Source: a virus (Duplodnaviria; Caudoviricetes). From it: DNA of 37,417 nt. The notes under the pieces are model-generated. The model had not been told where the DNA came from. It did not search any database and saw nothing but the letters and a program-made list of their open reading frames with translations. The position numbers were made by a program, and so were the translations under genes. Positions within the stretch are counted from its first letter, which is position 1; every line of letters starts with the position of its first letter. Shown here one piece after another: positions 15,811-25,311 of this stretch. The stretch spans positions 1 to 37,417 of the IMG/VR virus record IMGVR_UViG_3300030059_003705. One strand, 5' to 3'.

Positions 15811-17748
15811 ATGACAAATAAAGCATATTCAATTCTAACTGTAAACAAGCAGTATATAGATAGTGAAACTGATGAACGAGTAATAACGGGTATAGCAACA
15901 ACTCCTGCCGCTGATCGCGTTAATGATGTAATAGTCCCCCAAGGTGTAACTTTTAATAACCCTTTACCGCTGTTATGGCAACACGATCATTCAAAACCGG
16001 TTGGCACTGTTTACTTTGAAGAACCAACTGAACAAGGGATCAAATTCGTTGCACGTATAGCGAATATTGAAGATGAGGGTACTTTAAAAGATCGCTGCAA
16101 TGAAGCTTGGCAATCTGTAAAAGCTGGTTTAGTTCGCGGCGTAAGTATCGGATATCGGGCAATCGGAGCAATTGTACACATTGCAAACGGTGGAATTCTT
16201 TATACATCAACTGAAGTGTTTGAACTTTCATTAGTCACAATACCTTGTAATTCAGATGCCACTATCGAATTAATTAAATCTTTAGATGTAAGCGCGTCAG
16301 CTACAGATAAAGAAGCAGTAGAAGAATTGATAAATAAAGAAGTAGAACAAACATTGGAAGCGCGTCAGCTTCATGATGAAAAGAATAAATATAAGAAAGT
16401 TTATTATAAAAATAATAATAAGGATAATAATAAAATGAAATTTGCTGAACAGATTAAAAATATTAAAGCTGCACGCGCTGACAAAATTAAAAGCATGGAA
16501 GCTCTAGTAACTAACGAAGATGCAACACTTGATGAAGCACAAACCGCGCAGTATGAAACCCTTGAAACTGAGGTTAAATCACTTGATGCACAGCTTAAGC
16601 GAATTACTGATCTTGAGAAAATGAGCGCTAGTGAAGCTACTGAAGTTGTTGAAACTTCTAACTCTTATACCCCTCAGTCATTCAACATCAAGACCCAAAA
16701 AGAAGCACCTAAAGGAGTAGGTTTTGCGCGCATCGCTGGCGTAATGGCCGCTACAAAAGGCAACTCTATGCAAGCTGCTGAGATTGCTAAGCGCTTTTCT
16801 AATACTCCAGCAGTTGCAGAATATTTCAAAGCTAAAGCGGTTGGTATGACAGACGATGAAATCTGGGGTGGCCCGCTAGCTAATGATACTTATTTGAAAG
16901 ATGAATTCATGGAAATGCTTCGCCCAGCAACAGTGTTTGGTAAGATTCAAGGTTTCCGCAACGTTCCTTTTAACACAAAAATTACTACTCAAACTGGCGG
17001 CACTAGTGCGAACTGGGTGGGAGAAGGTCAAATTAAACCCAAGACCGGTATGGAGCTTGGTTCTGTTTCGTTAAGCTTCGCTAAAATAGCTGCTATCGTT
17101 CCCATTTCTGACGAGTTAGCCCGTTTCTCAAGCCCTAGCGCTGAACTATTAGTTCGTGATGACTTAGTAAAAGCTATTGCTGCACGCATTGATGATACTC
17201 TTTTTGATGCAGATCAGGCAGAAACTAAAGATGTACCGGCATCACTTTTAAATGATGTTTTTGCAATTACGCTTGATTCAAGTAAAAGCTTTGTTGATGC
17301 AGTTGATGAAGCAGCTAGCACTATCATTTCTGAATTTTCAGTTTATGGCGGCTTTGAAGGTGCTTACTTTGTTATGTCTGAAGCAGTTGCTATTAACCTT
17401 GGAATGATGAAGGATGCTATGGGCCGCCCGATTTACGAGGGAATGCAAGGTCTAATTAATAACCAGCGTACTCTATTTGGTCTGCCAGTCGTAACTAGTA
17501 ATTCTCAAACAATTAGTAATAAAGTTGTTCTAATGCGTCCTAGTGAAATTCTAGTAGCTGACGATGGTGGTGTTGATTTAAGCGTTAATGATTCTGCATC
17601 TTATACCGACACAAATGGTAATTTAGTAAGTGCATGGGAAAATAACTTAGTTCTTATTCGTGCTGAACGTTATATTCGTTGGAAGAAAGCACGTATCACA
17701 GCAGCAGCTTATATTGATCTTAGTACATATACCCCAACTGCACCATAA
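15811..17748 (+). CDS. HK97-family prohead protease fused in frame to major capsid protein (internal start at 16435)
   Basis: Protease motifs PLLWQHDH, GVSIGY, ELSLVTIP; capsid motifs ANWVGEG..KP, KIAAIVPISDEL, TLFGLPV, AWENNLVLIRAER. Confidence 0.93.
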   Translation: MTNKAYSILTVNKQYIDSETDERVITGIATTPAADRVNDVIVPQGVTFNNPLPLLWQHDHSKPVGTVYFEEPTEQGIKFVARIANIEDEGTLKDRCNEAWQSVKAGLVRGVSIGYRAIGAIVHIANGGILYTSTEVFELSLVTIPCNSDATIELIKSLDVSASATDKEAVEELINKEVEQTLEARQLHDEKNKYKKVYYKNNNKDNNKMKFAEQIKNIKAARADKIKSMEALVTNEDATLDEAQTAQYETLETEVKSLDAQLKRITDLEKMSASEATEVVETSNSYTPQSFNIKTQKEAPKGVGFARIAGVMAATKGNSMQAAEIAKRFSNTPAVAEYFKAKAVGMTDDEIWGGPLANDTYLKDEFMEMLRPATVFGKIQGFRNVPFNTKITTQTGGTSANWVGEGQIKPKTGMELGSVSLSFAKIAAIVPISDELARFSSPSAELLVRDDLVKAIAARIDDTLFDADQAETKDVPASLLNDVFAITLDSSKSFVDAVDEAASTIISEFSVYGGFEGAYFVMSEAVAINLGMMKDAMGRPIYEGMQGLINNQRTLFGLPVVTSNSQTISNKVVLMRPSEILVADDGGVDLSVNDSASYTDTNGNLVSAWENNLVLIRAERYIRWKKARITAAAYIDLSTYTPTAP

Positions 17749-17774
17749 TAATAAAAACAGTAAGAAGTAATATT

Positions 17775-17801
17775 TGCCCAGCCATTTGGTTGGGCATTTT
17801 T
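17775..17801 (+). terminator. Intrinsic terminator after the capsid gene
   Basis: TGCCCAGCC-ATTT-GGTTGGGCA followed by TTTTT. Confidence 0.85.
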
Positions 17802-17859
17802 ATGCCTGTAATTTGAAGATAAATAATCAAAAGTCATAAATAAGAATAATACAGGAACA

Positions 17860-18054
17860 ATGATTATGAAATTTAAATTACTTAAAGATGCGCCGTTCAT
17901 TGGTAAGAAGGGTGATGTGGTAGAAATCAAAGAAAGCAATCATATAGCTACTTTGAAATTCAATAAGTACATCAATGAAGAGTATGTAGAAACCAAACTA
18001 AAAGCAAAACGGGTATCGAAGAAAGTAAAACTGTCAGATAGCGATTCAGAATAA
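17860..18054 (+). CDS. Small head-associated hypothetical protein (64 aa)
   Basis: AGGA SD; KKGDVVEI motif typical of small genes following capsid genes. Confidence 0.65.
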   Translation: MIMKFKLLKDAPFIGKKGDVVEIKESNHIATLKFNKYINEEYVETKLKAKRVSKKVKLSDSDSE

Positions 18055-18080
18055 TAATAACAATAATGGAATTATAATAA

Positions 18081-19445
18081 ATGTTTAACAAAATAAAGAA
18101 AATGTTTGCGTCTGATGTGACTAGTACAAGTGTCTCAACTAATCAAAGTATGTTTGATCGAGTCATTGACACACAAACATCATCGACTATCACACACGAT
18201 GAAATTGTCTTATCTGATGTGTTGTTCTCATGCTTAACGATGATCACTAACGACATATCAAAGCTACCGCTTAATTTGATCACATCAGATAGCAACAATA
18301 TTCAATCAGTAGTCAATGCTGGTAATGAATATAACAAAGTACTAAACAAGCCAAATGAATTCCAGAATATTCAGCAATTCTTAGCTAGTTGGGTAATGTC
18401 TAAGCTGAAGACCGGTAATACATACGTGCTTAAAAATTACGTGGGTAACACTGTTAAGTCTTTATACGTGCTAGATGCAGATCGGGTAACAGTAGCTATA
18501 ACCCCCAGTGGTGAAATTTTCTACAAATATCGTGTAGATACATCGCGAAATCTTGTCGATTTGGGATCAATTGTTGAGACGACTGAAGAGAAGAGCACTG
18601 TAATAATTCCTAGCCGTTTCATCATACATGATCGCTTTAACACTCTAAATCATCCGCTGTTAGGTGTTAGTCCAATCGCTGCATGCATGCTGGCATCTAC
18701 TCAGAACGTAAGAATTCAAAAGTTTGCTGACACTTTCTTTAAGAACAATGCGCGTCCTGGCGGAATTTTAGTAGTGCCAAACTTAGACGAAGAGACAGCA
18801 AAGAAAGTTTCCAATGACTGGCGTACAAAATTTAGTAATGGCGGTAGCGGTCAAGTTGCCGTGTTCGGTGATGACGTTAAGTACACAGATTTATCAAATT
18901 CGGGTATGTCAGCACTTGATGCGCAGCTTGTAGAGCAATTCAAAATGTCGGCTACTTCTATATGTCGAACGTTTCATATTGCTCCTTTTCTTGTTGGGGT
19001 GGGTGACTATCCGACTGTTAATAATATTGAACTGTTATCACAAGCTTATTACTCCCAAACATTGCAAACGCTGCTTGAATCCATTGAATTGTGTCTATCC
19101 GAAGGGCTGGGTATTGGCAGGAATTCAAATACAAATTTAGCTGTTTCATTCGATCTAGATGCACTGTTGAGGATGGACACAGAAACGAAGATCAATACGT
19201 TAACTACAGCAGTAGGTAGCGGAATTGTTGCACCAAATGAAGCCAGAGCGAAGCTTAATTATAAGCCAGTTGACGGCGGTGATACACCTTACCTTCAGCA
19301 GCAGAACTATTCGTTAAGTGCGCTAAATAAGAGAGATGCCCAAGAAGATGCATTCACTACTAAGACAGCTACTAACACAGTTAATAAGAATTTTAATGAT
19401 GACGAAGATGTAACCGATTATATGCTTTCGTTTTTAAGAGAATAA
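18081..19445 (+). CDS. Portal protein, HK97 family
   Basis: ISKLPL, KPNEFQ, GNTY, GVSPI, FKNNARPGGIL, DAQLVE, PNEARAKLNYKPVDGGD. Confidence 0.95.
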   Translation: MFNKIKKMFASDVTSTSVSTNQSMFDRVIDTQTSSTITHDEIVLSDVLFSCLTMITNDISKLPLNLITSDSNNIQSVVNAGNEYNKVLNKPNEFQNIQQFLASWVMSKLKTGNTYVLKNYVGNTVKSLYVLDADRVTVAITPSGEIFYKYRVDTSRNLVDLGSIVETTEEKSTVIIPSRFIIHDRFNTLNHPLLGVSPIAACMLASTQNVRIQKFADTFFKNNARPGGILVVPNLDEETAKKVSNDWRTKFSNGGSGQVAVFGDDVKYTDLSNSGMSALDAQLVEQFKMSATSICRTFHIAPFLVGVGDYPTVNNIELLSQAYYSQTLQTLLESIELCLSEGLGIGRNSNTNLAVSFDLDALLRMDTETKINTLTTAVGSGIVAPNEARAKLNYKPVDGGDTPYLQQQNYSLSALNKRDAQEDAFTTKTATNTVNKNFNDDEDVTDYMLSFLRE

Positions 19446-19450
19446 CAACA

Positions 19451-19945
19451 ATGAAATTTGATGTAGAAAAATTGATGAGCGGTATTCGCGCATACATACA
19501 GTTAAGAAATGACGAGGAAAAGAAAGAGCTATATAAAACATTAGCTGAACAAGCGGACGTTATTCAATCACTGCGCAGCACTGTTAAAGATTTGAGTTCA
19601 AAAATTGAAGTTTTGGAAACTAATGAGACAACGTATGAAATAGATGAAGCGGTATTATCTGGTTTGATTGATGCCCGTATCGATGAAAAGTCTGAAGCAC
19701 TCAAGACAACTGTTTCAATTGAATATGATGATGAAAGAACTTTCACAGTCACCGTTGATGATTTAGTTAAGACGTTTGAAGTACCAGCGCAGATTTATAA
19801 AGGTATTCATGAAGAGGGTGGTGAATATAGCAAGGGAGATACTGTTACATCACAAGGCGCAATTTGGCATTGCAAGCAATTAACTGATGAGAAACCAGGG
19901 GATTCAGAGCATTGGCAGTTAGCGGTTAAGAGCGGGAGAAAATAA
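19451..19945 (+). CDS. Phage head-region protein following the portal (function unknown)
   Basis: C-terminal YKGI...YSKGDTVT.QGAIWHC...KPG....WQLAVKSGR resembles proteins at this position in phages with protease-capsid fusions. Confidence 0.65.
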   Translation: MKFDVEKLMSGIRAYIQLRNDEEKKELYKTLAEQADVIQSLRSTVKDLSSKIEVLETNETTYEIDEAVLSGLIDARIDEKSEALKTTVSIEYDDERTFTVTVDDLVKTFEVPAQIYKGIHEEGGEYSKGDTVTSQGAIWHCKQLTDEKPGDSEHWQLAVKSGRK

Positions 19946-19950
19946 TAATA

Positions 19951-20256
19951 ATGGAATACATCACTTTAGAGATGCTAAAGCATCACTTGTATATTGACCA
20001 CGATCTAGACGATTTTCTATTGACAATGATGGCATCAACGGCTGAAGACGTGATTATTAATTATATCACTAAGTCACCCTATCTTGATGAAGAACAGACA
20101 ATTGTAAGAACTCCTGTAATAGCAGCAATAGCTATCTATGTCGGCATTTTATATAGAAATCGCGATAGTGATAATTTCGGTCGACTTTCAGAACGTCAAT
20201 TACCGCAATCAATTACGTCACTATTAGCAGGGCTACGGAGTCCAACTATCGTATGA
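19951..20256 (+). CDS. Head-tail connector (HK97 gp6-like)
   Basis: ITLEMLKHHLYIDHDLDDFLL...LYRNRD; synteny. Confidence 0.88.
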   Translation: MEYITLEMLKHHLYIDHDLDDFLLTMMASTAEDVIINYITKSPYLDEEQTIVRTPVIAAIAIYVGILYRNRDSDNFGRLSERQLPQSITSLLAGLRSPTIV

Positions 20257-20597
20257 GTAATAAGCAAAACGCAGCTAAGTATAGGCATGTAATTACTATT
20301 CAAAAGAAAGAAACTGTTAGGAATCCTAGAACTGGCGAGGTATCACATACATATGTTGATTATCTACCTAATATTAGAGCTAATGTTCATTTTCTAAGCG
20401 CTAGTGAACGTATGGAAGCATCATCAGTTCAATCAAAAGTTACCGCTAGAATAGAGATTCGTTATAGAGAAGATGATATTAATGCATCGATGCGCATAGT
20501 CTACAAGAACAAGAATTATGAAATTCATGGTGTGATTCCTGACAACGAATCGGGTATGCAGTGGATCACATTTATAGTAAGTGAAATAAGCAATTAA
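20253..20597 (+). CDS. Head closure / head-tail adaptor (SPP1 gp16-like)
   Basis: RHVITIQ, IEIRYREDDINASMRI, YEIHGVIPD; ATGA overlap with previous gene. Confidence 0.88.
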   Translation: MSNKQNAAKYRHVITIQKKETVRNPRTGEVSHTYVDYLPNIRANVHFLSASERMEASSVQSKVTARIEIRYREDDINASMRIVYKNKNYEIHGVIPDNESGMQWITFIVSEISN

Positions 20598-20599
20598 GA

Positions 20600-21052
20600 A
20601 TGTCTACTAATAACAATAATCTAAACAATCTTATCGGTTCTCGTGACGTTTTGAAGCGTATGAATGAGCTTAAAGAAACACAGATCATTTCAGTTATGCG
20701 CAGCGCTGGACGTAAAGCTATGCAATCGGTGCTTGATGATGCGAAACGTAATGCATCACAGATCGATGATACAGAGTCACCGCTTTCAATCGCTGACAAC
20801 ATCGTCATGAAGACCAGTTATAGACGCACAACGGGTGATTTAACTATCAAAGTAGGGATACAAGGCGGCGCAAGATATCGTCGCGGTGATAAAGAAAAGG
20901 GGCTTGTAACGTATTGGCGATATGTCGAATTCGGTACAGAACATTCAGCAGCACATCCATTTCTTAGACCCGCAATGGACAGCAATCAATCACAGATATT
21001 TGCAACATTTCTAGCTGAAGTAGCAGCGGGCATCAATAGACGTTTAAAGTAA
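20600..21052 (+). CDS. HK97 gp10-family tail component
   Basis: YWRYVEFGTEHSAAHPFLRPA. Confidence 0.92.
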   Translation: MSTNNNNLNNLIGSRDVLKRMNELKETQIISVMRSAGRKAMQSVLDDAKRNASQIDDTESPLSIADNIVMKTSYRRTTGDLTIKVGIQGGARYRRGDKEKGLVTYWRYVEFGTEHSAAHPFLRPAMDSNQSQIFATFLAEVAAGINRRLK

Positions 21053-21084
21053 CGGCTAAATAATAATAACAATAAGAGACGAAC

Positions 21085-21450
21085 ATGATTACCGATTTTT
21101 ACTACATATGCGCTCAATCTGATGACGTGAAAGCACTGCTTAATGATGCTGCTAATGAATTGAAGGTATTCCCTATCTTGGCACCAGCAGGAACTAGCTA
21201 TCCGTACATGTCATATCAGACAATTTCAGCTAATACATATTCAAATTTGAACAATAATGACAGTGCTGATTCAGTGCGTATACAAGTCAACGTATATGGT
21301 AAGTCATATCAAGATGCTTTAGATATATTCAAAACTATCAGGCATGAATTCAAGCATATAGCACGTATTCAATTCAATTATGAAGACTACGAAAATGATT
21401 CGTTAGTGTACGATTATTGCTTTGATTTAACGTTCATTCAAGAAATTTAG
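21085..21450 (+). CDS. Tail terminator / completion protein (DUF3168-like)
   Basis: APAGTSYPYMSYQTIS, RIQVNVYG; synteny. Confidence 0.8.
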   Translation: MITDFYYICAQSDDVKALLNDAANELKVFPILAPAGTSYPYMSYQTISANTYSNLNNNDSADSVRIQVNVYGKSYQDALDIFKTIRHEFKHIARIQFNYEDYENDSLVYDYCFDLTFIQEI

Positions 21451-21543
21451 ATAAATAGTTGTAGCTATTAATACACACAATATTGGTAGTGATTCGGATT
21501 ACTATAATAACAAAAAACAATAATAATAAAGGGATAAAGAAAG

Positions 21544-21999
21544 ATGGCAGATTTTTTAAGAACGCAAGGGACATCGTTGTATTTTGCGTATAATGATCAA
21601 GTACATGAAGTCGAATGTAGTTCTATCAGCGGTATCGGTGGTTCACGAAATACTTCAACTATTCAAACTTTACAAGCAGAATCAGCAACTATTATAGCAG
21701 GCGCGCAACAACCGGGATCGCCCAGCTTTGCGGTATATATCAATAACTCTGAAACTCAAAAGGTGTTGCAAGAACTTTACCAGAACGCCGCAAGTGTTAA
21801 ATGGGCTGTTGGTCTATCGGATTCTGATGTAGAAGCTACTTTTGCTACTGAATTAACACTACCAGCGACACGTAGTTGGTTAAGCTTTGAAGGTTTCATT
21901 ACAGACTTTCCGTTCGAGTTTGCGGTTGATAGCGTTGTTGAATGTTCTATCACAATTCAGATGGCGGGTAAGTACGAATACGTGCCTGCAACTAACTGA
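21544..21999 (+). CDS. Major tail tube protein
   Basis: TQGTSLY, WAVGLSD, TRSWLSFEGFITDFPFEFAVDSVV; synteny. Confidence 0.88.
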   Translation: MADFLRTQGTSLYFAYNDQVHEVECSSISGIGGSRNTSTIQTLQAESATIIAGAQQPGSPSFAVYINNSETQKVLQELYQNAASVKWAVGLSDSDVEATFATELTLPATRSWLSFEGFITDFPFEFAVDSVVECSITIQMAGKYEYVPATN

Positions 22000-22043
22000 T
22001 TAACATTTAGAATGTTTGTTACCTATTCAGGTAGCGGTTTTAG

Positions 22044-22068
22044 AATAACCTCCTTCCCGGAGGTTATT
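22044..22068 (+). terminator. Terminator after the tail tube gene
   Basis: AATAACCTCC-TTCCC-GGAGGTTATT. Confidence 0.8.
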
Positions 22069-22157
22069 TATTTGTGTTAATGTAATTTAGATGTATAGTG
22101 TGAGTTGGTTAAGTTGTTTTCGATAAAAAGATCAAATCAACATGAGAGGAAAGCTCT

Positions 22158-24332
22158 ATGCTAAGCGTGTATAAAGATGAAATTAATATTCTTTCTAAAA
22201 AGCGAGTTAATCAAGTATTACAGAATGAAACACTTCTTAAAATACAAGATAAACTCCCTGAATCAGAAAATGATCGTTATAAGATTTTGAAGAAAGCTAT
22301 AGCAGAGCTTCTTTCTAATATTAGAGATAAGAATTATGATGCTTCATTCGGTATGCTTAGATTTGCATTCTACACAAATCTAAAAGACCCCATTTCAGAG
22401 GCTCGGAAACAGGGTGTATTCAGAGCTTCAAAATTCAATTTCCACACTACGTTAATTAGAGAGTTGATTGATGAATTAGAAGCTAGCAATGTTCTTTACA
22501 GTAAAGATTATAATTATATTAATTCTATCAAAAACCTACTAAAAATCGCACCAGATGTTTTAGATTTGAAAAAGAAAATATTAACTGCGGCACATTCTAG
22601 GCGTAATTTCCTTAAAACTATTCTTGCTATTGCCGAGACTAAATTTAATGACTTACTAACTGATGACGACGTTCTGTCAGACAAAGATACTATCGATAGA
22701 CTCTTTCATCGAAATAAAGAAAGTATACTCACTTCTGCCTCTTATATTGTCCAAGTCTATAAAGAAAATTTACCGGCTTTAACTATAAGTGATTTCAATC
22801 ATATTGATGAAAGTATAGACCATGATTATTATTATAAACTTTTCCAAATGGCATTTGCTATAAATGTCTATATTGAAACGGAAGTCATAGTTGATTTCTA
22901 TGATTACTGTGTTAGTGAGTCTGAAAAATCTAGTAACTTTACAATATTCAATGAAGAATTCGAAACTGCTAAGTCCTATGGCTATCTTAAAGCGTATCTA
23001 AGAAGACAATCACAACCAAATATTTATTTTAAAAGTGCCACAGCGGAAAGCTATGCAGAAATGCTGGATGAGATATGGCGCAAAGATAATGAACAGGATG
23101 AAAGTCTCTTGTTTTTTATTAAAGACATTCCTATTGAAAGAATAGTCTTAAAGTTTTTAGATTTTGAATATGGTCACAAGATTAACTTCTTTAGTCACAA
23201 TTTTGTATTCAAAGAAGAACAAATGCTTTTAATGTCTTTAATGGATGATAATTATAATCAAGATGCAGTTTACACAAAAATTTATCGAGATTTTTCTTGT
23301 ATCGATATTTTTAAGTTGCAACGTGTATTTGTTTTTATGGCTTTTGGTTACAGGAAAGCTTATGAAAGGTTAAAGAATGACGGTCATCCTAATATTGATA
23401 TTATAAGAAAACGTTCAGTTCTTCCGGTTTTTGGTAAGGAGGAACTGGTTAGACTTTTCAAAAATACTACGGGTAAGTCACTTTCTGATTGTGAAGGTTT
23501 AATTGAAAAACTGACTAATCGTGAAATCTTCGATGACAAAGTTATTGATCTTCAATATAAGCCCATTATAGCTATAGAACAACGATATCTTGTTATGCCA
23601 ACACTGTTCGCATATTCAGATATCATTCGTTCATTAGCAATTAGCGAGAATGTTCACTTATCAGTTTCAGAGAAACATGATTTTATGGTTAAAGAATTGT
23701 CTAATGCATTTTCTAACCGAGGTTTTACAGTGCAGCATGACTTTAAGTTTGGGGCTATTGAAATCGATATTGCAGCAGTTTACGGTGAGAATTTATTTCT
23801 ATTTGAATGTAAAAATCCTTATCATCCAGTAAACGATTTTGAATTACGCAATACATATGCACATCTAGTAAAAGGTTTTACACAGATTAAGAAATTTCAG
23901 GAACGTTTTGAGGATAGGCAATCCCTTGATCAATTTTTGAGAAATATGAACATTGAACCGGATTCAATTAAAAACATCCATTATGGTATTATTAATGCCA
24001 ATCGCGCATTAGCTAGTTTGTCCAAAAATGGAATCAAAGTTTTTCACGCAAATGAATTACTTAATTTTTTGAATACAGGTAGAATAACTGTAGATAATAA
24101 ATTTTATCATGTTTGGAAGGATGAGCAGTTTCATGTTGATGACCTTGTTTCATACATGAGTGGAGAAGTAATTACTGATGACATACTCCGCTTCAAAGAA
24201 CCGATGCCATTTTCAGTTTCTTACAGAAATTCAACCATGACTTTTACACCCTATCAATTTGTTCTTAACGACATGCTAGATTTCCAAAAGAAGAAGTATA
24301 GATATATCGAGCCTGCTGATTCCTCACTTTGA
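22158..24332 (+). CDS. Moron: 724-aa protein with C-terminal PD-(D/E)XK (NERD-like) nuclease domain; candidate defence gene
   Basis: EIDIAAVYGENLFLFECK plus downstream KGFTQI; own sigma70-like promoter (TTGTGT...TATAGT, 22072-22099), GAGG SD and terminator; interrupts the tube-chaperone synteny. Confidence 0.7.
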   Translation: MLSVYKDEINILSKKRVNQVLQNETLLKIQDKLPESENDRYKILKKAIAELLSNIRDKNYDASFGMLRFAFYTNLKDPISEARKQGVFRASKFNFHTTLIRELIDELEASNVLYSKDYNYINSIKNLLKIAPDVLDLKKKILTAAHSRRNFLKTILAIAETKFNDLLTDDDVLSDKDTIDRLFHRNKESILTSASYIVQVYKENLPALTISDFNHIDESIDHDYYYKLFQMAFAINVYIETEVIVDFYDYCVSESEKSSNFTIFNEEFETAKSYGYLKAYLRRQSQPNIYFKSATAESYAEMLDEIWRKDNEQDESLLFFIKDIPIERIVLKFLDFEYGHKINFFSHNFVFKEEQMLLMSLMDDNYNQDAVYTKIYRDFSCIDIFKLQRVFVFMAFGYRKAYERLKNDGHPNIDIIRKRSVLPVFGKEELVRLFKNTTGKSLSDCEGLIEKLTNREIFDDKVIDLQYKPIIAIEQRYLVMPTLFAYSDIIRSLAISENVHLSVSEKHDFMVKELSNAFSNRGFTVQHDFKFGAIEIDIAAVYGENLFLFECKNPYHPVNDFELRNTYAHLVKGFTQIKKFQERFEDRQSLDQFLRNMNIEPDSIKNIHYGIINANRALASLSKNGIKVFHANELLNFLNTGRITVDNKFYHVWKDEQFHVDDLVSYMSGEVITDDILRFKEPMPFSVSYRNSTMTFTPYQFVLNDMLDFQKKKYRYIEPADSSL

Positions 24333-24383
24333 TATGTTGATTTATTGGTAATTCCGTATGTGCCTACCAGTACATATACACAT

Positions 24384-24407
24384 ATGCCCCTTAATTGGGG
24401 CATTTTT
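24384..24407 (+). terminator. Terminator after the moron (hairpin family)
   Basis: ATGCCCC-TTAATT-GGGGCAT plus TTTT. Confidence 0.8.
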
Positions 24408-24479
24408 ATTTTGGATTTTAGAAAGGAGATAAATACGTATGAATTAGAAAGCATTGTATAAACGGAGATATCAACAATA

Positions 24480-24863
24480 ATGAATTTATCAACACTTTTC
24501 AATAACAAAGATAATTATGTAAAAACATCGGTAGAAATGCGCGGTGAAGAATTTGAGCTATTCGTGAAACGAAAGTTAACGGTTTCAGATAACGAATATG
24601 TCACAGATAACGTACCAACACACACCGAGTCTAATAATTCCAAATATATTATAGCTATGCTAGTACATATGATTCATCGATCAGTCAAAGTTAAAGACGA
24701 TGAGAATAACTTGGTAGAGATTGATATTGATGTGATTCGTGAAACCTTCACGATTGAAGAACTAGCAGCAATCGTAGACCAAGTAAATGAAGTTCAGGGT
24801 AACAAAGTTCTAACGACTGATGAACACAAAGAAGAGATCGAGAAAGACATGAAAAAAAAGTAA
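24480..24863 (+). CDS. Tail assembly chaperone (lambda gpG equivalent)
   Basis: Position before TMP; ends in slippery A AAA AAG; GGAG SD. Confidence 0.8.
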   Translation: MNLSTLFNNKDNYVKTSVEMRGEEFELFVKRKLTVSDNEYVTDNVPTHTESNNSKYIIAMLVHMIHRSVKVKDDENNLVEIDIDVIRETFTIEELAAIVDQVNEVQGNKVLTTDEHKEEIEKDMKKK

Positions 24864-25168
24864 ATGAAGAACTGATTTGGCATGAATTAGTAATCAATGG
24901 AATTGGCGGTAATACGATTGAAGAAGCTAAAGCAAATATGACAATGAATGAATTCCAGCAGTGGTGTGTTTATCGTAATATTTATGGGCCAATCGACGGA
25001 ACTTCAAAACTTTGTGAATACATCAAACATTTAACGTTTGTGACTATCAAAATAGCAGGTGATAAGAAAATTAGCATAGAAGATTTAGAGTTGTTCACTC
25101 AGAAAGATGAATCTCAAAAAGAGATAGCATCAACTGAAGATATAGTGAATTTCTTCAAAAATCTATAA
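24860..25168 (+). CDS. gpT portion of the G-T fusion, reached by -1 ribosomal frameshift
   Basis: -1 frame is open from the slippery site: VNEELIWHELVINGIGGNTIEEAKANMTMNEFQQWCVYRNIYGP, in frame with ORF 24938-25168. Confidence 0.85.
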   Translation, partial: VNEELIWHELVINGIGGNTIEEAKANMTMNEFQQWCVYRNIYGPIDGTSKLCEYIKHLTFVTIKIAGDKKISIEDLELFTQKDESQKEIASTEDIVNFFKNL

Positions 25169-25227
25169 GTAAATTTATAAGAAGAAAAAGCAATACACGT
25201 GCAATGCGTGAATACTATTTTTGTTTT

Positions 25228-25250
25228 AAGCCCCTTAATTGGGGCTTTTT
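25228..25250 (+). terminator. Terminator before the tape measure gene (hairpin family)
   Basis: AAGCCCC-TTAATT-GGGGCTTTTT. Confidence 0.8.
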
Positions 25251-25311
25251 ATTATCTGAATCTTATAAATACGAAAGAAATAACAATAATAATAAAAATG
25301 GAATTCACTTA

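Noticed and set aside
25204-25311. N-terminal extension of the TMP ORF
   Set aside because: Spans a terminator, an ATAAATA box and an AAY leader; the typical TMP start is at 25312
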